NCBI GenBank assembly: GCA_002070965.1 | Contig: MWEH01000138.1 | Location: 20,499 to 84,498, forward strand | Length of the DNA stretch: 64,000 nucleotides | Direction of reading: 5' to 3' | DNA from: Firmicutes bacterium ADurb.Bin080 | GTDB taxonomy: Bacteria; Bacillota; Clostridia; Christensenellales; DTU072 | Shown here: positions 48,706 to 55,651 of the stretch, piece after piece | How positions within the stretch are numbered: the stretch's first letter is position 1 | Layout of the letters: each line of letters starts with the position of its first letter | The notes under the pieces: generated by a model | Told to the model about the DNA's origin: nothing | Seen by the model: the letters and a program-made list of their open reading frames with translations, nothing else | The model's database searches: none | Made by a program: the position numbers and the translations under genes

Positions 48706-49434
48706 ATGATCAAGGGTAAGCTAATAATGATGATAGCAACTGTAGTCCTGCTTCTAGCGGGGCTAGTTAGCGCGTCTCTGAGTTGGTATACTTCACAAGA
48801 GCAAGTTTCTGGTGAAAATGCTTCAGTGGGAGCGGAGGAAAGTATAACCGCGTCAATTAACAGTACTTTAATTGAAGTTAGTCATTATGGTGGGGAGACT
48901 GGGAAGGCTCCAAGCACGCATGAAGATGCTCCTTATTCCATTGATATTTCACTTTCTTTATTTGCTTCTGCTTTAGAAGGCACAACTCACTTAAAGATTA
49001 CTTTAACAAGTCTAATCGTGGGTACCGGGACAATCGAAGAAACGGATAAATACATATTCGAAACTAATACCCCTGAAGATGATATGACCATTAGAGTTCT
49101 TGCAGGCGAAGATATATACAAAATGAATAATGATGGGTATTTGGTCTTAGAAAGCAATACATCAGTTTTTTATGAAGTACAAAATGGAGAAAATATTTTT
49201 ACCGTAACATTGTATTATTTGGATGAAATTAGATATTTACAATGGATACAAGATGAAGAGGATAGTTTAGAAGAATATAATATAGAGAGCCCGGCTATAA
49301 GCTATCATGAATGGCTTGAAACCCAACCTGAGTATTTTGCATATGATGCTTGTTCTTATAGTAACCCTATATACATGTTCACTAATTTCTTCTTAAGCAT
49401 GAACTATATTACCGAAGGCGCATCCGGAGAATAG
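48706..49434 (+). CDS. Secreted/anchored protein (242 aa) with a TasA/camelysin-like (SipW-class-like) N-terminal signal; function unknown
   Basis: AGGAG SD, with the ATG 12 nt after the giant ORF stop. N-terminus KGKLIMMIATVVLLLAGLVSASLSWYTSQE, compared with the camelysin-type ...GGGTFAYFSDKE. The size is close to the TasA family. The body was not recognisably homologous by eye. Confidence 0.75.
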   Translation: MIKGKLIMMIATVVLLLAGLVSASLSWYTSQEQVSGENASVGAEESITASINSTLIEVSHYGGETGKAPSTHEDAPYSIDISLSLFASALEGTTHLKITLTSLIVGTGTIEETDKYIFETNTPEDDMTIRVLAGEDIYKMNNDGYLVLESNTSVFYEVQNGENIFTVTLYYLDEIRYLQWIQDEEDSLEEYNIESPAISYHEWLETQPEYFAYDACSYSNPIYMFTNFFLSMNYITEGASGE

Positions 49435-49435
49435 A

Positions 49436-51880
49436 ATGAAAACTTTATTTACAAAGTCTAACTTAATACAATTGGTTGCAATAGTGATGTCAATCATTTT
49501 TGCTGCTGGGGTAGTGACTTATTCTTGGTATTTACAAGACACTGACACTGAAGACGTATTACAACTCCAAGCTGATGGTGCTCAAGTAATTATGTTTGAG
49601 GCAGAAGTGTCTGAGGCAGCTCTTGAAGGTACATTGTATCCCGCAAAAGCAAAGAAATCTGCTTATATTGATGGGAGCATTCCAGACAATCCGCAAGTAA
49701 TACCTATAGGCGGGCTTCTCCCAGATTATATTGATGAGCCAGCTGGAATTGTTTCATTTGACACCAACCTAACATATTATGCTTTAGGGCTTAGTGGAAA
49801 GATCAGGATGGAGATTTTGTCTTCTACAAAGATTAAAGATGACCCTCTTTCTAGGGATTTACAAACAACAGGAGAGGTAAATGCAAGTTATATTTTCTCT
49901 CTGCAAGATTTCTATCTTTCAGTTGCAGAAGATGGTATATGGAATATCTTAAGCGCATCTTTCCCGTCTGATGGGACTATATATACTAGGGATAACAAAA
50001 AGTATTATGAGTATACTAGTGCGTATACTCCTTTGACAGGGGATGGAATAGTTTATAATAGTAAAAATCTAACTTCGGAGTACAATGTTGTTTCTGAAAA
50101 CGACTTTTTGACCAACAATGGAGTATTGGATCCTGACCTCAGGGTATACAACTATCAGGTTGCCTTTTTAAGAAATGGAAAGAAATACATTGAATCTTAT
50201 TCGAGTTATCAACCCCTTGAAAATGATACGATTATTTATATCAACAAGGTGGATGCCTCTTGCTCGGATAATAAAATCGAAAACGTATTATTGAATGAAG
50301 AATTAGTTTTTTATTCTCGAGCTGGGAAAAACTATATTGAAAAACTTTCAGTATATAACTCTGGCCAAGGGGAGACTGATTCAAATGCTATGAAGACAGG
50401 TGATGTGATATATTACATAAGCATTGAGACACAGACAAGTCCAATTGAACCAGTTTATATTGGAAGTATGGCTAATCCTTCTTATGTGGAATATTATCTT
50501 TCCGGGGCTATTTCAACTAGATATGTGGTTAGCTCTGATTACTGGGATTCTGAGCTTGATGGGGTTAGTGGTTATAACAAAGTAGCTTGGACTGGCCAAA
50601 CAACGGATGGATATAACGGTAACGGAATATCTTTTGATAATAATTTTGTGGTATATCAAAGAGAGTATTCTTCGACAACATATACCTGTATTGATCATAT
50701 CGATTCCTACGCCCCATTAACTGGAGATATAATTTTAAATTATCAAAAAATTGATTCCACTAAAGTAACATTTTCAGACCCGAATTACACTGCAAATCTA
50801 GTTGATATTAGAAATAGTACGGAAATAGATGTGACAGACAGGGATTTGTTATATGTAGATGAAAATGAAAATATTGTTTGGAGTCTTTACTCTGATGCTG
50901 ATTTCTCTTTGTTTTCTGATGATACCCTATTATTTGCTAATATTGTTGATACAACAACAGGAAGAATCGTTGTAAAAAATTATACATATGAAAGTGGCGG
51001 GGATGAGCCTTTAACCTACACTACTGCAGATATTTTGGTGATGAACTCAGTGTCTTTTAATGATTCTTATACCCTGGTAAAAAGATTTGATGAAGTAGAA
51101 TATGTGTATAGCGAAGTAGAAACACTTGATATAAGTACTCCTTTTTATCATATTGAAAAAGATGCGCTATACGAACCGCAAACCTTAGATCTGATTTATT
51201 ATAATATCTATGTTGCAGACGACGTTATGTATGATTCTGGAAGTGGGGAATACACGGTAAATGACTTAGATTTGTTTGATGACGATTTTATCTATAGCAG
51301 AGATGGAGTAAGGTATATTGTTAAGGAAGGGGACTATATTCCGGTTGAGGACGATATTATCATCTATGAAAATGGAAGCGCAGTAGGACAAGAATTATTA
51401 ACTTATGATAATAGTGGATATAGTGCAAACAAGATAGCGCTTGAGAGCGATGATACGGTATATCTTAGGAATGGAAAGATATACGTATGCACAACCCTTT
51501 ATTACTCCTCACAAATTGGAGATATCTCTTTATACGAAGATGGTATAGTAACATTAGAAGGAGAGGATTATATAATCGAAGCAGAGGAAGGAGACATAGT
51601 TGATTATTATGTAGATAATGTTTCCTTATTGGTTAATGATGAGGTGTATGTTAGAGACAACGATTTTCGCTTCATTTATAAAGATGCAGAATCATATTCT
51701 CCTATTGAAGGAGATAATATGATTTTTGATAGTGGATATATGGTTGCTGATGCTCAAACTAGGTTTATGATTAGCGGCTCGGTATATATAACCACTTTAG
51801 ATCAAGAGACTTCAAGAGATTTAATCGGGGCAACAATCACTTTGATGTTATCAATGGAAAGCCCGGATATTTCAGAATAG
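49436..51880 (+). CDS. Acidic, Tyr-rich secreted/anchored repeat protein (814 aa), function unknown
   Basis: It starts 1 nt after the previous stop. N-terminus LIQLVAIVMSIIFAAGVVTYSWYLQDTDTE. It contains 7 copies of a motif I could not assign (see the repeat feature). Confidence 0.8.
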   Translation: MKTLFTKSNLIQLVAIVMSIIFAAGVVTYSWYLQDTDTEDVLQLQADGAQVIMFEAEVSEAALEGTLYPAKAKKSAYIDGSIPDNPQVIPIGGLLPDYIDEPAGIVSFDTNLTYYALGLSGKIRMEILSSTKIKDDPLSRDLQTTGEVNASYIFSLQDFYLSVAEDGIWNILSASFPSDGTIYTRDNKKYYEYTSAYTPLTGDGIVYNSKNLTSEYNVVSENDFLTNNGVLDPDLRVYNYQVAFLRNGKKYIESYSSYQPLENDTIIYINKVDASCSDNKIENVLLNEELVFYSRAGKNYIEKLSVYNSGQGETDSNAMKTGDVIYYISIETQTSPIEPVYIGSMANPSYVEYYLSGAISTRYVVSSDYWDSELDGVSGYNKVAWTGQTTDGYNGNGISFDNNFVVYQREYSSTTYTCIDHIDSYAPLTGDIILNYQKIDSTKVTFSDPNYTANLVDIRNSTEIDVTDRDLLYVDENENIVWSLYSDADFSLFSDDTLLFANIVDTTTGRIVVKNYTYESGGDEPLTYTTADILVMNSVSFNDSYTLVKRFDEVEYVYSEVETLDISTPFYHIEKDALYEPQTLDLIYYNIYVADDVMYDSGSGEYTVNDLDLFDDDFIYSRDGVRYIVKEGDYIPVEDDIIIYENGSAVGQELLTYDNSGYSANKIALESDDTVYLRNGKIYVCTTLYYSSQIGDISLYEDGIVTLEGEDYIIEAEEGDIVDYYVDNVSLLVNDEVYVRDNDFRFIYKDAESYSPIEGDNMIFDSGYMVADAQTRFMISGSVYITTLDQETSRDLIGATITLMLSMESPDISE
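49969..51740 (+). repeat. Seven copies of a roughly 30-aa motif, hydrophobic-(Y/F)-x-R-x-G-K-x-Y-(I/V)...Y-x-P-(L/I/V)-x-G-D-x-I-(I/V)-Y
   Basis: IYTRDNKKYYEYTSAYTPLTGDGIVY (49969-); FLRNGKKYIESYSSYQPLENDTIIY (about 50160-); FYSRAGKNYIEKLSVY...KTGDVIYY (about 50303-); VYQREYSSTTYTCIDHIDSYAPLTGDIILNY (about 50645-); IYSRDGVRYIVKEGDYIPVEDDIIIY (about 51287-); VYLRNGKIYVCTTLYYSSQIGDISLY (about 51455-); VYVRDNDFRFIYKDAESYSPIEGDNMIF (about 51643-). Confidence 0.75.
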
Positions 51881-51893
51881 GGAAAACAAGAAA

Positions 51894-52541
51894 ATGAAAA
51901 AAATTACAAAAATATCAATTATATTATTATGTTTGATGGTTGTATCCTCTTTGTTGGTGGTTAACACTTATGCAAAATGGAAACCAGAGAGAGAAGCTGC
52001 CCAGACAGTAGATATACCGGGTACCGGGTGGAACCCGGCAGAAAGCTATATAGTTTTCGCAGGCCTTGATTCTTCAAATTTAGTAGTTTCTTCCTCAGTG
52101 GACTTTTCGGAAATCATAAACTTTGCAGTTGTGGGATATACAGGTACAGTTGCGGAATTGGTGATCCCAAGCGAAATTACTGTTTCATATAATGAAGTGG
52201 AAATTACGGGGTCAGTAGTTCAGATATTAGCTGGTGGAAGTTCAGGCTTTTACTTCCAAGATGGGGAAGAATATACTGGGGATTATGGGGAAGTGGATTT
52301 AAAGAACAATCAGATTATTACATCATTGTATTTACCAGCTACAATTACATATATTGGAGCCTCGGTTTTTATGGGTTGTGTGAACTTAGAAGAAATAGAA
52401 TTAGAAGGCTCTGAAATAGCGATTAATATGGGAGATTATGCTTTTTCAGATTGCATATCTTTATCTTCGGTGGTCCAAAATACCAGAACAATAGTTGGAG
52501 TTTTGGCCTATGTTTTTTACAATACCCCTTATTTAGAATAA
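51894..52541 (+). CDS. BspA-type leucine-rich-repeat surface protein (215 aa)
   Basis: N-terminus KKITKISIILLCLMVVSSLLVVNTYAKWK. LRR_5-like units: ELVIPSEITV..., ITSLYLPATITYIGASVFMGCVNLEEIEL, INMGDYAFSDCISLSSV. Confidence 0.75.
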   Translation: MKKITKISIILLCLMVVSSLLVVNTYAKWKPEREAAQTVDIPGTGWNPAESYIVFAGLDSSNLVVSSSVDFSEIINFAVVGYTGTVAELVIPSEITVSYNEVEITGSVVQILAGGSSGFYFQDGEEYTGDYGEVDLKNNQIITSLYLPATITYIGASVFMGCVNLEEIELEGSEIAINMGDYAFSDCISLSSVVQNTRTIVGVLAYVFYNTPYLE

Positions 52542-52597
52542 GCCAAATTTCATTTACAAGAAAATAATATTACTTTTTGATTTTCTATGGATAAATA

Positions 52598-52626
52598 GAA
52601 AAGCCCCTGATAAAAAGGGCTTCTTG
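52598..52626. terminator. Hairpin terminator shared by the cassette end (+) and the tRNA-Lys(CTT) unit (-)
   Basis: Stem AAGCCC (52601-52606) / GGGCTT (52617-52622). On the minus strand a T-rich tail (TTCTATTT) follows; the tail is weaker on the plus strand. Confidence 0.55.
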
Positions 52627-52700
52627 GTACACCATCGGGGACTCGAACCCCGGACCCATTGATTAAGAGTCAATTGCTCTACCAGCTGAGCTAATGGTGC
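52625..52700 (-). tRNA. tRNA-Lys (anticodon CTT), CCA encoded
   Basis: The reverse complement folds as a cloverleaf: GCACCAT acceptor, anticodon stem ATTGA/TCAAT with loop CTCTTAA, GGTTCGAGTCC T-arm. Confidence 0.9.
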
Positions 52701-52737
52701 AAAATAAGGCAAGCAGCATTGAAATGCTGCTCGCATG

Positions 52738-52812
52738 TGGAGCGGGAAACGGGATTCGGACCCGCGACTTTCACCTTGGCAAGGTGACACTCTACCACTG
52801 AGTCATTCCCGC
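52738..52812 (-). tRNA. tRNA-Gly (anticodon GCC), CCA encoded
   Basis: The reverse complement is GCGGGAATGACTCAGTGGTAGAGT..., anticodon stem TCACC/GGTGA with loop TTGCCAA. Confidence 0.9.
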
Positions 52813-52825
52813 GAATAACGTGTTT

Positions 52826-52854
52826 ATTATACTATATCTTTTTTTTATTGTAAA
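52826..52854 (-). promoter_or_regulatory. Candidate promoter for the tRNA-Gly(GCC)-tRNA-Lys(CTT) unit
   Basis: The minus strand reads TTTACA (52854-52849), 17 nt, TATAAT (52831-52826), about 14 nt upstream of the tRNA 5' end. Confidence 0.5.
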
Positions 52855-52941
52855 TTAAAAAACAAAGATAATGGAAACGAATTAACCGCTCATTGATTGA
52901 CTAAAATGATATAGTATAAACATAAAATGCGTTATTATAAT

Positions 52942-52969
52942 AAAAAACGCAGACATAACTCTGCGTTTT
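52942..52969 (-). terminator. Rho-independent terminator immediately after tRNA-Leu
   Basis: Stem AACGCAG (52946-52952) / CTGCGTT (52961-52967) with an 8-nt loop. On the minus strand it is followed by a T-run (the complement of the A-run at 52942-52947). Confidence 0.7.
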
Positions 52970-53053
52970 TGGTGCGACCGAAGAGACTTGAACTCCCACC
53001 TGGTTAGAGACTAGATCCTAAGTCTAGCGCGTCTGCCATTCCGCCACGGTCGC
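52970..53053 (-). tRNA. tRNA-Leu (anticodon TAG), long variable arm, CCA encoded
   Basis: The reverse complement is GCGACCGTGGCGGAATGGCAGACGC..., anticodon stem CTAGA/TCTAG with loop CTTAGGA. 84 nt. Confidence 0.9.
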
Positions 53054-53096
53054 AAAGATAAAACAAATATGCGGGCTTATAAGGCCCGCTTCTAAG

Positions 53097-53172
53097 TGGT
53101 GATCCATCGGAGATTCGAACTCCGGACCCTTTGATTAAAAGTCAAATGCTCTACCGACTGAGCTAATGGATC
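53097..53172 (-). tRNA. tRNA-Lys (anticodon TTT), CCA encoded
   Basis: The reverse complement is GATCCATTAGCTCAGTCGGTAGAGC..., anticodon stem TTTGA/TCAAA with loop CTTTTAA. Confidence 0.9.
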
Positions 53173-53176
53173 ATAT

Positions 53177-53251
53177 TGGCAGGGGTGGGAGGATTTGAAC
53201 CTACGAGTGCCAGAGTCAAAGTCTGGTGCCTTACCGCTTGGCTACACCCCT
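53177..53251 (-). tRNA. tRNA-Gln (anticodon TTG), CCA encoded
   Basis: The reverse complement is AGGGGTGTAGCCAAGCGGTAAGGC... (A1:U72), anticodon stem CCAGA/TCTGG with loop CTTTGAC. Confidence 0.9.
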
Positions 53252-53258
53252 TAGTGTT

Positions 53259-53335
53259 TGGGGTGAGTAGTGGGGCTCGAACCCACGGCCTCAAGAGCCA
53301 CAATCTTGCGCGCTTCCAACTGCGCCATACCCACC
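53259..53335 (-). tRNA. tRNA-His (anticodon GTG) with genomically encoded G-1, CCA encoded
   Basis: The reverse complement is G-GTGGGTATGGCGCAGTTGG..., anticodon stem CAAGA/TCTTG with loop TTGTGGC. The extra 5' G lies opposite discriminator C. Confidence 0.9.
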
Positions 53336-53367
53336 ATATAGTTTCGGTGCCTATAAGTTATTTAGTT

Positions 53368-53444
53368 TGGTGAACCAGGGGGGATTCGAACCCTCGACCT
53401 ACGGCTTAGAAGGCCGTTGCTCTATCCGACTGAGCTACTGATCC
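53368..53444 (-). tRNA. tRNA-Arg (anticodon TCT), CCA encoded
   Basis: The reverse complement is GGATCAGTAGCTCAGTCGGATAGAGC..., anticodon stem ACGGC/GCCGT with loop CTTCTAA. Confidence 0.9.
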
Positions 53445-53449
53445 GTGGA

Positions 53450-53523
53450 TGGAGCGGGTGATGGGAATCGGACCCACGCGACAAGCTTGGAAGGCTTGGA
53501 TTCTACCATTGAACTACACCCGC
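53450..53523 (-). tRNA. tRNA-Gly (anticodon TCC), CCA encoded
   Basis: The reverse complement is GCGGGTGTAGTTCAATGGTAGAAT..., anticodon stem CAAGC/GCTTG with loop CTTCCAA. Confidence 0.9.
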
Positions 53524-53592
53524 AGAATCTAAAATATTCTTAAAGAAATAACGATTACTCACCTTATTAGCTATAAAATAACACGCTTAATT

Positions 53593-53621
53593 AGTATAAA
53601 CAAAAACAAATATTGTGTCAA
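53593..53621 (-). promoter_or_regulatory. Near-consensus promoter for the six-tRNA unit
   Basis: The minus strand reads TTGACA (53621-53616), 17 nt, TATACT (53598-53593), about 65 nt upstream of tRNA-Gly(TCC). Confidence 0.55.
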
Positions 53622-53761
53622 TCAATTAAAATAACTTAGTAGTGTATAGTATTCCTGAAAAGCGAAGGATAAATGGTCGATTTAACAATTGAATAAAAAA
53701 ACCGTTTATAGTTAATAATGGATAAAATATTTACAAGAAAAAATAGAATAAATACAGTCTG

Positions 53762-54529
53762 TTACTGGGAAAAAGAAGAGCTTTTAAGACTTATCTCTCC
53801 TGAATTTAGAGTTAGTGTCTCCTCATTAGTTTTCACAATAAGATTTCCACTAAGATTTATGTCTATGGCTTTCCCCGAATAACTTTTATTATTTATAGAA
53901 AAAGCAATTTCTTTTCCAAGGATAAAGCAGTTATCTTTGTAATAGCTTATGATTTCTTGGAAAGTATCTTTTTGGTCGAAAAAGATTTTTGTAATCTCGG
54001 CTATTAATTGGGCTCTAGTTATTCTTTTGTTATCAAGAGATCCTGCAATATTCACTAAATCGGTAGGAAAGTCTGAGGTAAATAAATTAATACCTATTCC
54101 TACAATAATCCAACTAGATTCTCCAATTGATTCAGTTAAAATGCCTCCAATTTTTTTACCATTAAAAAACAAATCATTAACCCACTTAATTAGGACTTTT
54201 TTCTTAGTCAAGTTATAGATGGCTTTGATACAAGTTGTCGCTACGCGAATGGTTACTTCATTCTTATCCATTTGGCCGTAGGTATTAAAGAGAATGCTCA
54301 TGTAAATGCCAGTTTGGGAAGGAGAAAAAAAAGAATTTCCTTGTCGCCCTCTCCCAGCTGTTTGTGTGTTTGCAACAATTAAAGATCTATTAGGTGAATC
54401 CCGCTTAAGTAATAATTTTGCATAGTTGTTAGTTGAATCAATTTCATCAAAATAGAATGTGTCAATATCATACCCAATCAAGGCTTTCTGAAGAGATATA
54501 TTGTTAAGATTATCAATTTTTGTCATCAT
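53762..54529 (-). CDS. birA: Biotin--[acetyl-CoA-carboxylase] ligase, group I (no N-terminal HTH)
   Basis: TQTAGRGRQGNSF motif, KWVNDL, GIGINL. 255 aa, too short to carry a repressor domain. Confidence 0.9.
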   Translation of the reverse strand: MMTKIDNLNNISLQKALIGYDIDTFYFDEIDSTNNYAKLLLKRDSPNRSLIVANTQTAGRGRQGNSFFSPSQTGIYMSILFNTYGQMDKNEVTIRVATTCIKAIYNLTKKKVLIKWVNDLFFNGKKIGGILTESIGESSWIIVGIGINLFTSDFPTDLVNIAGSLDNKRITRAQLIAEITKIFFDQKDTFQEIISYYKDNCFILGKEIAFSINNKSYSGKAIDINLSGNLIVKTNEETLTLNSGEISLKSSSFSQ

Positions 54530-55479
54530 TAATCCTTTGGAAAAAAGAAGGAAATAAACTCATTTTTGTTAAACTTTTCGTCTAAATTCATATTAAGAAT
54601 ACCGTAAATTGATAGATAGGCTCCATTAAGAGCATATTCCAATTTTGAAGATAAGTCAGGAAGCAGTGAGTCGGTATAAACCGTTGCGTTTTTAATGGTG
54701 TTGTCTTTAATAAAAAGATACACATCAAGGTTTCCATAGATAGTTCTCCCATGAAAAACCTTATTGTATGTTGGGCTTTTCCCATACAACCAGCTATCAG
54801 ATGAAAACTTTGAGGTATTTTTTTTGTATAAACTTGGATCAATTGAAAATATTGTTGCTTTTCCATATTCAGTCTCAAAAGATTTTTTTAGTAAGTCTGT
54901 TATAATCGGAGGAGTCAAGTCAGGTTTTATCTCGTTCAAGTTTATTATTCTCGACTTAACGCTTTTAACGCCTTTCGAAATAAGTTTTGTGTCTTTTACA
55001 TTTAAGACCTTTTCGATAAGATCCTTGTTTTCACTTATCAAAATTGTTCCATGGTGAAGAGAGGATTGTTCTCCATTGAAAAATGCATTGCCACTAAATT
55101 TTCTTTCTGAAATAAGAATATCGTTTCTTCCCGAAAAATATGCTTCAATCCCTATTGTTCTTAGCGCGTTAATAATGACGCTAAGTTGCTTTTGAATGTC
55201 ATATTGATCATTTGTCATTATGAAGGAAAAATTAAGATTTCCCGTGTGATGATAGACTGCTCCACCACCAGTTATTCTTCTTGCTAGTGAGACTCCAAGT
55301 TCTTTCATTACCTCAAGATTGCATTCTTCGAAGGCATTTTGATATTTTCCTATAACTACAGTTCTTTCGTTTTGCCATAAATACAAAATAGGGATCCCAT
55401 CGTGGGTCTGAAGAAGATATTCTTCTAATCCTAAATTTTCATATGGATTGAACGAATTTGATATTATTATACGTGACAT
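54529..55479 (-). CDS. lplA: Lipoate--protein ligase A
   Basis: NPYENLGLEEYLL, RRITGGGAVYHHTGNLNFSF, KFSGNAF motifs. Its TAA stop shares one nucleotide with the birA ATG (TAATG). Confidence 0.92.
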   Translation of the reverse strand: MSRIIISNSFNPYENLGLEEYLLQTHDGIPILYLWQNERTVVIGKYQNAFEECNLEVMKELGVSLARRITGGGAVYHHTGNLNFSFIMTNDQYDIQKQLSVIINALRTIGIEAYFSGRNDILISERKFSGNAFFNGEQSSLHHGTILISENKDLIEKVLNVKDTKLISKGVKSVKSRIINLNEIKPDLTPPIITDLLKKSFETEYGKATIFSIDPSLYKKNTSKFSSDSWLYGKSPTYNKVFHGRTIYGNLDVYLFIKDNTIKNATVYTDSLLPDLSSKLEYALNGAYLSIYGILNMNLDEKFNKNEFISFFFPKD

Positions 55480-55614
55480 TAATTATTACCCCTATTTAAT
55501 AATTATAGCATTAGAAGTATCTTACTATGAAATTATTTAGCGAAAAAAAAATCCAATTGTATTGAGAATAAAAGCTTTCTCAAATTATAATTACTTTCTC
55601 GAATAAATCCTCAA

Positions 55615-55643
55615 TTGACAATCTTTATTAAAGTATATAGAAT
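55615..55643 (+). promoter_or_regulatory. Candidate promoter for the fused E1 gene
   Basis: TTGACA (55615-55620), 17 nt, TAGAAT (55638-55643). The ATG lies only 8 nt downstream and there is no clear SD. Confidence 0.45.
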
Positions 55644-55651
55644 TAAGTGAA

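Noticed and set aside
53071-53089. Hairpin GCGGGC-N7-GCCCGC between tRNA-Lys(TTT) and tRNA-Leu; also hairpin GCAGCAT-N4-ATGCTGC at 52714-52731 between tRNA-Gly(GCC) and tRNA-Lys(CTT).
   Set aside because: On the transcribed strand they are not followed by convincing T-runs. They are more likely processing or spacer structures within polycistronic tRNA precursors than terminators.
52554-53373. ORFs 52554-52790 (-) and 53176-53373 (+).
   Set aside because: They are composed of tRNA gene sequence (tRNA-Lys/Gly and tRNA-Gln/His/Arg), so they are not coding.
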